From Tissierellia bacterium (GTDB taxonomy: Bacteria; Bacillota; Clostridia; Peptostreptococcales; Acidaminobacteraceae): a stretch of 24,000 bases of DNA. The notes beneath the pieces were generated by a model. The model was not told the DNA's origin, ran no database searches, and saw nothing but the letters and a program-made list of their open reading frames with translations. Both the position numbers and the translations under genes were made by a program. Shown here piece after piece: positions 1 to 7,644 of the stretch; the first letter of the stretch is position 1, and the number at the start of each line of letters is the position of its first letter. The DNA is taken from assembly GCA_012520095.1 (NCBI GenBank), contig JAAYOV010000092.1, forward strand, positions 981 to 24,980, in the 5' to 3' direction.

Positions 1-821
1 AAGACGAAATAATCAGCTATTTTATCGACAGCTTTCAAAAAGGAGAGACGCCCAATCCCTGTATTGTCTGCAATCAACAGATCAAATTTGGAAAAATGCT
101 CGATTATGCTTTGAAGAATGGATTTGATTCGATTGCGACAGGACACTATGCAAGAATAGTTCACACAGATAATGGCAGCCTGATTTATAAAGCACGCAAC
201 AAAGAGAAAGATCAGAGCTATCTGCTCTACACTCTTCGTGCGCATCAGAGGAAGCACATTTTGTTTCCGCTTGGCGAGATTGAGAATAAAGATATTCTCC
301 GGCGCATTTTGAAAGATAATGGGATTTCTATTTATTCTAAGAGGGAGTCGCAGGATATCTGCTTCATTCAAGGCGATTACAGGGAGTTTTTAAACAAGAG
401 AGGCTGTCGAGCGAAAAAAGGACTATTTGTCGACGAAGATGGCAAGGCACTGGGTAAGCACAGAGGAATTGCCTACTACACGGTCGGGCAAAGACGAGGG
501 CTGGGCATTTCGGCGTCGACACCTCTGTTTGTCAAAGAGATCCAATCGAAGACAGGAAATATCGTCCTGAGCCGCGCCGCTTCATTGATGCGCTCGGTCA
601 TCTATGCCGACAATGTCCATTTTTTTGAAGATGTTCCCGGGGAAAAGGTCGAAGCAAAGATTCGATACTCCGCTGCTGTTGCCCCCTGTTTCCTTTCTTT
701 TGAGAGAGAGAAACTTCGCATCGAATTTATTAGCCCTGTTCGAGCTCCGGCTCCCGGACAAAGCGTCGTCTTTTATAATGAAGATCGTCTTTTAGGTGGA
801 GGAATTATCCTCAAGCTGTGA
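1..821 (+). CDS. mnmA: tRNA 2-thiouridine(34) synthase MnmA, C-terminal ~270 aa (5' end lies outside the window)
   Basis: The frame of ORF 96..821 stays open back to the window edge. My translation of nt 3-95 is DEIISYFIDSFQKGETPNPCIVCNQQIKFGK, which carries the MnmA PNPC..CN..IKF motif. Downstream are ATGHYAR and KDQSYLLY. Stop TGA at 819-821. Confidence 0.9.
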   Translation, partial: DEIISYFIDSFQKGETPNPCIVCNQQIKFGKMLDYALKNGFDSIATGHYARIVHTDNGSLIYKARNKEKDQSYLLYTLRAHQRKHILFPLGEIENKDILRRILKDNGISIYSKRESQDICFIQGDYREFLNKRGCRAKKGLFVDEDGKALGKHRGIAYYTVGQRRGLGISASTPLFVKEIQSKTGNIVLSRAASLMRSVIYADNVHFFEDVPGEKVEAKIRYSAAVAPCFLSFEREKLRIEFISPVRAPAPGQSVVFYNEDRLLGGGIILKL

Positions 822-827
822 TATAAT
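819..827 (+). promoter_or_regulatory. Candidate extended -10 promoter (TGaTATAAT) for the alaS T-box leader
   Basis: TG at 819-820 and TATAAT at 822-827, overlapping the mnmA stop codon. No good -35 hexamer at 16-18 nt spacing. Located about 10 nt upstream of the start of T-box stem I. Confidence 0.4.
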
Positions 828-833
828 GTTTTT

Positions 834-1021
834 GTGTTGTTCGGAAAGAAGTCTGGAATGATAGCGAGGGAGGGCGGTGGAAGCTCCCGGTCCAGACAAG
901 CCAATCCAATATAAGAACATCAGGGACGGCTCCCTTATCAGTCAAACCTCGAGAGATCCGGCACGGATAAACAGGGTGGTACCGCGCATGGATTGCGTCC
1001 CTGACAGAGGTCTTTTTTTTT
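834..1021 (+). promoter_or_regulatory. T-box leader (tRNA-Ala responsive) upstream of alaS
   Basis: Stem I: CUGGA 853-857 pairs with UCCAG 891-895; AG bulge AGCGA 863-867; GGGAG 868-872 pairs with CUCCC 884-888, closing the distal loop GGCGGUGGAAG. Specifier loop 3' side is ACAA-GCC-A, with GCC (Ala) at 900-902 followed by A903. Stem III hairpin is AUCCG-GCA-CGGAU at 956-968. T-box sequence AACAGGGUGGUACCGCG at 969-986. Antiterminator: CAGGG 972-976 pairs with CCCUG 999-1003, bulge UGGUACC 977-983, inner helix GCGCA 984-988 pairs with UGCGU 994-998. U9 tract at 1013-1021. Confidence 0.88.
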
Positions 1022-1031
1022 GGAGGAAATG

Positions 1032-3641
1032 ATGAAAGTAAGAAGTGTAGATGAATTGAGACGGTTGTTTCTTGAGTTCTTTGCTACGAAGCAGCATCTG
1101 GTTGAGGAGAGTTTCAGTTTGATTCCGGAGGATGATCCGAGCATTCTTCTTATCGGAGCGGGAATGGCTCCGCTTAAAAAGTATTTTACAGGAGCACTGA
1201 CACCTCCGTCTTTACGGATGGCGACGTGTCAAAAATGTGTTCGCGTGGGGGATCTGGAAGAAGTGGGGAAGACGGCGCGTCATCTGACCTTTTTTGAGAT
1301 GCTTGGAAACTTCTCTTTTGGAGATTATTTCAAAAGCGAAAGTCTCGCATGGGGAATGGAGTTTTTGACAGAGTGGCTGGGGATCGATCGAGATCGCTTG
1401 TGGCCGACAGTCTTTGAGGAGGATGACGAGGCCTTTGCGATATGGAGAGACGAGCTGGGCTATCCTGAAGAAAAAATAACCCGTTTGGGAAGGGAAGATA
1501 ATTTCTGGGAAATCGGACTGGGACCCTGTGGGCCCTGTTCAGAGATCTATTATGACAGAGGTGAAGAGTATCAATCGGGCGATCATGAACACCGCCCCGG
1601 ATGTGATTGCGACCGCTTCATGGAAGTGTGGAATCATGTCTTCACTCAGTTTGATAAGCTCGAAGACGGAAGTTATGCCCTTCTTGAAAAGAAAAATATC
1701 GATACGGGTATGGGTCTGGAGCGCCTTGCCATGGTCATTCAGGGAGCTGACAATGTCTTTGAGATCGACACGTCCCGCTCCATCATCGAAAAAGTGGAAG
1801 AGGTGACAGGTCATATTTATAAAGATAATTCGTCACAGGACGAGGCGTTTCGCGTGCTTTGCGACCATGTGCGCTCTGTCGTCTTCCTTATATCAGACGG
1901 AGTGGTCGTCTCCAACGAAGGCAGAGGATATGTCCTGCGAAAACTTCTACGAAGGGCCGTCTTGCAACTCATCAAGCTGCATGTCGATGCACCGAGTCTC
2001 TTAGGTATTGCCGAGCGCGTCATCGAGGTGTATGAAGGAGCGTATCCGTTGTTGACAGATAGACGGACGACGATTCTCAAGACGATAGAAGTAGAAGAAA
2101 ACAAGTTTCTGCTGACGATTGAGCGTGGAATCCATATGATCGGAGAGTTCCTTCGAGGCGATGAAGAAGTAATGAGCGGCGAAGAGGCGTTTAAACTCTA
2201 TGACACCTATGGATTTCCCCTTAGTCTGACAGAAGAAATCCTTGAAGACGAAGGCAGAAAAGTCGATCATGAAGGCTTCGAGCAGGCCATGGAAAAACAG
2301 CGCAGACTCTCGCGCATGCAAGTGGATGATGAAGCCGGCTGGCAGGGAGAGCTGGAGACGTACCTTGCCGGTATTGATAAGACGGATTTTATCGGCTACG
2401 AGACGCTCTCGAACGAAGCTGAGGTTATGGAGATCATCGTGGCGGGAAAACGAGTCGATGAGGCAAGTGAGGGCGAGCGTGTTGAGATGATCCTCGATCG
2501 AACGCCTTTTTATGCGACGGGGGGAGGACAGCAGAGCGACATAGGCTCCTTGGATTCTGAGGGTCTGCAAGTGTCCATTTCAGGTGTTGAAAAGATGAAT
2601 CACCTCTATATTCATCGAGGAATCGTTGAGGAGGGGATTCTAAAAAGAGGAAGCAAGATCACTGCAAGCGTCGATGAGGAGAATCGCTTGGCAACGGCCA
2701 GACACCACTCCGCGACACATCTATTGCATAAGGCACTACAGAATATCTTAGGGGAAGAGGCGGCACAGGCAGGCTCTTTTGTAGATGCCAAAAGGTTGCG
2801 CTTTGACTTTTCTTATTTCCATTCACTGAGCGCCTCACAGCTTGAACAGATTGAATCTCTGGTCAATGACGCTATTTATCGCTCGTATCCGGTAAGGAAG
2901 CAGAGGATGGCCTTGGAAGAGGCAAAAGAGAAAGGTGCAGTGGCTCTTTTTACAGAAAAGTATGACGCAGAAGTTCGCGTAGTGGGGATGGGCGATTCTC
3001 TGGAGCTTTGTGGAGGAACCCATGTTGATAATACTTCACAGATCGGCCTGTGCATCATCATCAGCGAAAGGGGCATTGCCTCGGGCATCAGGCGAATTGA
3101 AGCCGTCTGCGGAAAAGAAGCCATCAATTATCTACGGGAGAGGAACAACAAGGTGCTTCGCCTGGCTTCCCTTCTTCGAAGCGAACCCGACGATGTCGTG
3201 GAAAGGGTCGAAAGACTTCGAGATGATCTGCGCGAGGCGCGCAGACAAAATAGCGAGTTGACGCGAAAGCTCACCGAAAATGCGCAGCAACAGATCCCTG
3301 AGCCTCTTCGAAGAGGAAAAGTCCATGTCTATGCCATGCATCAAAAAAAATGGGAAAAGGAGAGCATGAAGGCGCTCGCTGATTCCCTGACGGCTAAGGA
3401 TCCTTATGCCTTTGTGATTTTCATCACCTCCGATGAAGAAAAAGTGTTTCTTGTCAGCGCAAGTGGTGATAAAGCACAGTCAGAAGGGTATAAATCAGGT
3501 AAAGTGGTATCCGCCATTGCGAAAAAGCTGGGAGGCGGTGGAGGAGGACGCGACTCTTTTGCCACAGCAGGAGGAAAGAATCCTTCCGCTATAGAGGAAA
3601 CTCTGCGTCAGCTCGAGGAATTTTTGCCTCAACTTTCCTAG
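1032..3641 (+). CDS. alaS: Alanine--tRNA ligase
   Basis: Class II motifs RHLTFFEMLGNFSFGDYFK and EVWNHVFTQF. Editing-domain motifs HHSATHLLH and CGGTH. C-terminal DHHA1-type KLGGGGGGRDSFATAGG. About 870 aa, a normal length. The ORF track starts at TTG 1020. I prefer ATG 1032 (MKVRSVDELRRLFLEFF, matching typical AlaRS N-termini), 5 nt after GGAGG 1022-1026; ATG 1029 is also possible. Confidence 0.97.
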   Translation: MKVRSVDELRRLFLEFFATKQHLVEESFSLIPEDDPSILLIGAGMAPLKKYFTGALTPPSLRMATCQKCVRVGDLEEVGKTARHLTFFEMLGNFSFGDYFKSESLAWGMEFLTEWLGIDRDRLWPTVFEEDDEAFAIWRDELGYPEEKITRLGREDNFWEIGLGPCGPCSEIYYDRGEEYQSGDHEHRPGCDCDRFMEVWNHVFTQFDKLEDGSYALLEKKNIDTGMGLERLAMVIQGADNVFEIDTSRSIIEKVEEVTGHIYKDNSSQDEAFRVLCDHVRSVVFLISDGVVVSNEGRGYVLRKLLRRAVLQLIKLHVDAPSLLGIAERVIEVYEGAYPLLTDRRTTILKTIEVEENKFLLTIERGIHMIGEFLRGDEEVMSGEEAFKLYDTYGFPLSLTEEILEDEGRKVDHEGFEQAMEKQRRLSRMQVDDEAGWQGELETYLAGIDKTDFIGYETLSNEAEVMEIIVAGKRVDEASEGERVEMILDRTPFYATGGGQQSDIGSLDSEGLQVSISGVEKMNHLYIHRGIVEEGILKRGSKITASVDEENRLATARHHSATHLLHKALQNILGEEAAQAGSFVDAKRLRFDFSYFHSLSASQLEQIESLVNDAIYRSYPVRKQRMALEEAKEKGAVALFTEKYDAEVRVVGMGDSLELCGGTHVDNTSQIGLCIIISERGIASGIRRIEAVCGKEAINYLRERNNKVLRLASLLRSEPDDVVERVERLRDDLREARRQNSELTRKLTENAQQQIPEPLRRGKVHVYAMHQKKWEKESMKALADSLTAKDPYAFVIFITSDEEKVFLVSASGDKAQSEGYKSGKVVSAIAKKLGGGGGGRDSFATAGGKNPSAIEETLRQLEEFLPQLS

Positions 3642-3650
3642 GAGGAAATT

Positions 3651-3905
3651 ATGGAAGAAACAGTAACCTTTAAAGCAAATATGCTCAGGGATAAGGAGAT
3701 TCAAGAGATTGTTCTCAATGTATATGCTGCGCTGGAAGAAAAAGGGTATAATCCCGTCAATCAATTGGTCGGATATTTTATTTCGGGAGATCCCACTTAC
3801 ATCACTTCACACAAAGATGCTCGCACTCTGATAAAGCAGATTGACAGAGATGAAATTTTAGAGTGCCTGCTTACCAGCTATATCTCCCTCCATCGAGAAG
3901 GATGA
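3651..3905 (+). CDS. ireB: IreB-family regulatory phosphoprotein (UPF0297, YrzL-like)
   Basis: 84 aa with the core EIQEIVLNVYAALEEKGYNPVNQLVGYFISGDPTYITSHKDAR, typical of UPF0297/IreB. N-terminal Thr residues (MEETVTF). Conserved position between alaS and ruvX, as in B. subtilis alaS-yrzL-yrrK. GGAGG at 3641-3645. Confidence 0.85.
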   Translation: MEETVTFKANMLRDKEIQEIVLNVYAALEEKGYNPVNQLVGYFISGDPTYITSHKDARTLIKQIDRDEILECLLTSYISLHREG

Positions 3906-4813
3906 ATCCATCCCGGCTCTGCATGGGAACTTTGACGCTGAGTCCGCTTCAAAAGGATGTCCCTGCAGAAGAAGCTGCTTTGCTGATGGAATATGCGTTC
4001 CGATCCGGGATTACTTTTTTTGATACGGCAGAGCTCTATGCAAACTATTCATTCTTTAAGGAATTATGGAAACTGGGTGTGCCTCGTGGAGATATTGTTG
4101 TCTCCACGAAGTGTTATGCCTATTCACGCGAGACGGCGGAGCGCTCGCTGGATAAGGCGCTCAGAGAGATGAACACCGATTATATAGATATATTTCTCCT
4201 CCATGAGCAGGAGTCCGTCCATACACTTCGTGGCCACGCTGAAGCGATTGATACATTTTGGAAATACAAAGAGCAGGGAGTCATCGGCTCGATCGGAATA
4301 AGTACACATTATGTTGCGGGAGTCAAAGCTGCCTGCAATGACGAGAGGCTTCACGTCATACACCCGATTATCAATGTTGCCGGCATAGGTATCGTCGACG
4401 GAACGACTTCCGATATGATCGCAGCTATGGAAGAGGCGAAGAAGAAGGGCAAGTTTCTCTTTGCTATGAAGGCGCTTGGCGGTGGACACCTTCTAAAGAG
4501 ATATCGGGAAGCTCTTGAATTTATCCTGAGTCTTCGATGTGTCGATGCTTTGGCGGTGGGAATGGCTTCAAAGAGTGAAATTGATGCCAATGTCCAGGCG
4601 GTTCTGCATAATCGTCTTCCTACAAAAGCAGTGGAAAGCCGAAAGAGGATATTTATCGAACCCTATTGTGTCGGATGTGGAAAATGCGTACGTCGGTGCC
4701 AACATGGAGCGCTGTCATTGCAGAATAACAAAGCTGTCGTCGACCATTCGCGATGTGTTTTGTGCAGCTACTGTGTCACAGCTTGCGCAGATTTCTATAT
4801 TAAGGTAATATGA
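3902..4813 (+). CDS. Aldo/keto reductase family oxidoreductase with a C-terminal 2x[4Fe-4S] ferredoxin-type domain
   Basis: AKR catalytic tetrad context: FFDTAELY (Asp, Tyr), VSTKC (Lys), FLLHEQ (His). C-terminal CVGCGKCVRRC and CVLCSYCVTAC are two CxxCxxCxxxC motifs. Start chosen at ATG 3902, preceded by GAGAAGGA and forming an ATGA overlap with the ireB stop. The track's GTG 3863 has no SD. Stop TGA 4811-4813 overlaps the ruvX ATG at 4810. Confidence 0.8.
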   Translation: MNPSRLCMGTLTLSPLQKDVPAEEAALLMEYAFRSGITFFDTAELYANYSFFKELWKLGVPRGDIVVSTKCYAYSRETAERSLDKALREMNTDYIDIFLLHEQESVHTLRGHAEAIDTFWKYKEQGVIGSIGISTHYVAGVKAACNDERLHVIHPIINVAGIGIVDGTTSDMIAAMEEAKKKGKFLFAMKALGGGHLLKRYREALEFILSLRCVDALAVGMASKSEIDANVQAVLHNRLPTKAVESRKRIFIEPYCVGCGKCVRRCQHGALSLQNNKAVVDHSRCVLCSYCVTACADFYIKVI

Positions 4814-5535
4814 TGAAAGTTCTGGCAATTGACTATGGCGATGTAAGAATAGGGCTTGCCATCAGCGATGAGAAGGGAATCTTTTCTTTTCCTAGAGGTA
4901 TTTATATCAGCCGCGGAAAAAAGAAAGATTTAGACTATTTTTTGCAATTGTGTTTAGAGGAGGGGATCGAACGCATTGTCTTGAGCGCTCCCTATAATAT
5001 GGACGGAACAAAGGGAGAGCGATTTGAAAAGACGATTTCCTTCAAAGCGGCGTTGGAAAAGAGGTTTGCCTATTCAAAGCGCCTAAACCGTGAAATTGAT
5101 ATTGTCCTGTGGGATGAAAGGCTCACCACACAGGAAGCGCTAGAAATCACCCGTGAGGGTGGCTTTTCACAGAAAAAAACAAAAAGGACACTGGATGCGT
5201 TGAGTGCGCAAATCCTTCTTCGAAGCTACTTGGAAAGTGTCCATAAGGAGAACAAAATGGAAGATGTAAAAGACCTGCTTACCGTCGTAGAAGATGACTA
5301 TGACGAGGATATGGAATTGCAGGAAATCGAACTTGAAGATGAAGACGGCAATGTTTTGACATTTATCGTCGACGAGTGGTTCGAGTACAAAGACAGTGTT
5401 TACGCCGTTATGATTGATGAGGACGACGAAGCCGTCCTTTTCCGAGTTGAAGAGGACGATGAAGGAGAGCTCAGCTTTATCAATCCGGATGAAGATGAGT
5501 TTGCAGAAGTTGCCAAGTTCTACGAAGAAAATTGA
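4810..5535 (+). CDS. ruvX: Putative pre-16S rRNA nuclease / Holliday junction resolvase-like RuvX (YqgF) fused in frame to a DUF1292 (YrzB-like) acidic domain
   Basis: N-terminal ~140 aa: MKVLAIDYGDVRIGLAISD...WDERLTTQEA...DALSAQILLRSYLE, a YqgF/RuvX fold signature. Residues 150-241, MEDVKDLLTVVEDDYDEDMELQ...VYAVMIDEDDEAVLFRVEEDDEGELSFINPDEDEFAEVAKFYE, resemble DUF1292/YrzB. There is no stop codon between the two parts. Confidence 0.85.
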   Translation: MMKVLAIDYGDVRIGLAISDEKGIFSFPRGIYISRGKKKDLDYFLQLCLEEGIERIVLSAPYNMDGTKGERFEKTISFKAALEKRFAYSKRLNREIDIVLWDERLTTQEALEITREGGFSQKKTKRTLDALSAQILLRSYLESVHKENKMEDVKDLLTVVEDDYDEDMELQEIELEDEDGNVLTFIVDEWFEYKDSVYAVMIDEDDEAVLFRVEEDDEGELSFINPDEDEFAEVAKFYEEN

Positions 5536-5956
5536 GCAGCAATTAACAGATACTCTGCGACGCTTCGGATTAAAATGGACTCGGCCAAGACGTCTCGTCT
5601 TTGAGCTGTTGGTTCAAGCTGATCATCATCTCAGTGCTGAGGAGATCTATGAAGCTCTCGCAAAGATAGAACCATCTACAGCTATATCGACTGTATATCG
5701 AACGGTGAGGCTGTTAGAAGACCTGGGCTTCCTTGCGGGAGTAGACCTAGGTGATGGAATGCGGCGTTATGAATGGGTGCACTGCCGAACTCTCCATCAC
5801 CATTTAGTGTGCACTGAATGTCTCGGCGTTGAGGAAGTCTCTGCAGAAGTCCTGCTGGAATTGAGAGAGATCATTTTTCAGGAGAGCGGGTTTTGTCTCG
5901 ATGAGAGAGAAGTGACTTTTACAGGAATCTGCAACAAGTGTAGAAATAAGGAGTAA
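5495..5956 (+). CDS. Fur-family transcriptional regulator (Fur/PerR/Zur type not resolved)
   Basis: Winged-helix region RRFGLKWTRPRRLVFELL...HLSAEEIYEAL...STVYRTVRLLEDLG. Metal-binding motifs HHHLVCTEC and CNKC (two CxxC pairs). The start is uncertain. ATG 5495 gives 153 aa, aligns 11 aa before the helix-1 equivalent of PerR, and overlaps the upstream ORF by 41 nt. The track start at 5414 is very unlikely. Confidence 0.8.
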   Translation: MSLQKLPSSTKKIEQQLTDTLRRFGLKWTRPRRLVFELLVQADHHLSAEEIYEALAKIEPSTAISTVYRTVRLLEDLGFLAGVDLGDGMRRYEWVHCRTLHHHLVCTECLGVEEVSAEVLLELREIIFQESGFCLDEREVTFTGICNKCRNKE

Positions 5957-5957
5957 T

Positions 5958-7643
5958 ATGAGTCGAACTAGAACATCAAGACGCCGTCCGCCCCGAAAGC
6001 CGATGCGGATTATTCCGCTCGGAGGCTTGAAAGAAATCGGGAAAAACATGACGGTGTATGAATATAATGAAGAAATTATTTTGGTCGATGCAGGAAGTGA
6101 GTTTCCGGATGATGAGCTTCTGGGAGTCGACGTCGTCATACCTGACACAGCGTATTTAGAAGAAAATGCACATAAAATCAAGGCGATTATTTACACGCAT
6201 GGCCACGAAGATCATATCGGCGCCACGCCTTATATTCTTCGCAAGTTTCAAGTTCCCCTTTATGGAACGCCTTTTACCCTCGGGCTCATCGAGCGCCGAT
6301 TGAAAGAGCACAATATCAAGGCGAAGATGATTACTAAAAAGGCAGGCGACGTCTTTACTGTCGGTGCCTTCACCATTGAATTTATTCATGTCAACCATTC
6401 GATTCCCGATGCCGTGGCCGTTTTGATTCGGACTGAGCAAGGAAGTGTCCTTCAGACGGGAGATTTCAAGGTCGATTTCAGTCCCGTCAACACGCCGATC
6501 ATCGATTTGGCCAGGCTGGGGGCGATTGGAAATGAGGGGCTGGATTTACTTTTGAGTGATTCAACCAATGTCATGCATTCAGGATATACTCTTTCAGAGG
6601 GAAGCGTGGGTGCGACATTTAATGAATTGTTTCGCGGAAGCGACTCTCGCATCATTATCGCATCGTTTGCTTCGAATGTCTCAAGGATTCAGTTGGCGGC
6701 CAATGCGGCCAGACTCCATCAGAGAAAGGTAGCCTTTACCGGCCGAAGCATGAACAATGTCGTCAGAATCGCCATGGATTTGGGATATTTGAAGATTCCG
6801 CCGGAAGACATCATCGACATCAACGAGGTCAATCAGTATCCGGACAATGAAATCGTGATCATGACCACAGGCTCTCAAGGGGAGCCGATGAGCGCCCTCA
6901 CTCGCATGGCGGACAATACACATGCGCAGGTTCAAATGAAATCGGGGGATATGGTCATTCTCTCGAGCTCGCCCATACCAGGAAATGAGAAAAGCGTCAT
7001 CTCTGTCATCAACAAATTGTTTGAGTTGGGAGTGGAAGTAATTTATCATGAGCTTGCCGACGTACATGCAAGCGGTCATGCCAAGCGCGAAGAGCTGCGA
7101 TTGATGCTGGCTCTGTTGAAACCGAGAAACTTTCTCCCTGTCCATGGTGAATATGCGATGCTCCGCCATCACGCGGATTTGGCCCTACAAATGGGCGTAT
7201 CTCCAAAAAATGTATTCCTGATTGAAAACGGAGTTCCTCTTGAGATGATGGAGGGGAAAGTAGAAGTTGGAAAACCCGTTCCGTCGGGTCGTATCCTTAT
7301 TGACGGTTCATTGATCGGAGATGTGGGGACGGCCGTTCTTCGCGACAGAAAACAACTCAGCGAGGATGGGCTTTTGATGCTCATTCTTCGAATGGACAAA
7401 GACAATCGACAGCTTCTAAAGGAGCCGGATATCATCTCACGTGGCTTTGTATATATGAAAGAGTCGACGGAGCTCATTGATGAGGCAAAAAATCTTATGA
7501 CGAAGACCGTAACGGATATGAAGCCGGCTACAAAGAGCGACTGGTCTCAGATTAAACAGCAGACACGAAATCAACTCAGTCGTTTTTTCTATGAAAAGAC
7601 AAAAAGAAGGCCGATGATTCTTGTATTTATTTTGGAGGTGTAA
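5958..7643 (+). CDS. rnj: Ribonuclease J
   Basis: IIPLGGLKEIGKNMTVYEY, metallo-beta-lactamase motif YTHGHEDHIGA, beta-CASP region, HASGHAKREEL. 561 aa. AAGGAG at 5948-5953 precedes ATG 5958. Confidence 0.95.
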   Translation: MSRTRTSRRRPPRKPMRIIPLGGLKEIGKNMTVYEYNEEIILVDAGSEFPDDELLGVDVVIPDTAYLEENAHKIKAIIYTHGHEDHIGATPYILRKFQVPLYGTPFTLGLIERRLKEHNIKAKMITKKAGDVFTVGAFTIEFIHVNHSIPDAVAVLIRTEQGSVLQTGDFKVDFSPVNTPIIDLARLGAIGNEGLDLLLSDSTNVMHSGYTLSEGSVGATFNELFRGSDSRIIIASFASNVSRIQLAANAARLHQRKVAFTGRSMNNVVRIAMDLGYLKIPPEDIIDINEVNQYPDNEIVIMTTGSQGEPMSALTRMADNTHAQVQMKSGDMVILSSSPIPGNEKSVISVINKLFELGVEVIYHELADVHASGHAKREELRLMLALLKPRNFLPVHGEYAMLRHHADLALQMGVSPKNVFLIENGVPLEMMEGKVEVGKPVPSGRILIDGSLIGDVGTAVLRDRKQLSEDGLLMLILRMDKDNRQLLKEPDIISRGFVYMKESTELIDEAKNLMTKTVTDMKPATKSDWSQIKQQTRNQLSRFFYEKTKRRPMILVFILEV

Positions 7644-7644
7644 A

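Noticed and set aside
984-994. The 11-mer CGCATGGATTG is shared between the T-box antiterminator (984-994) and the region after the mltG terminator (9005-9015)
   Set aside because: Dozens of 11-mer coincidences are expected by chance in 24 kb, and the second copy has no surrounding T-box-like context.
1020-1031. N-terminal extensions in the supplied ORF track (TTG 1020, GTG 3863, 5414, TTG 7621, TTG 9037, TTG 12026, TTG 16033, ATG 20992)
   Set aside because: In each case a downstream ATG or GTG with a better SD and/or agreement with the N-termini of homologues is preferred. The extensions overlap upstream genes or regulatory elements.
2001-2570. 189-aa ORF antisense to alaS
   Set aside because: It lies entirely inside a strongly supported AlaRS coding region on the opposite strand. 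It has no SD and a low-complexity, atypical composition. It is a typical shadow ORF.
6681-7172. 163-aa ORF antisense to rnj
   Set aside because: A shadow ORF inside RNase J with no supporting signals.
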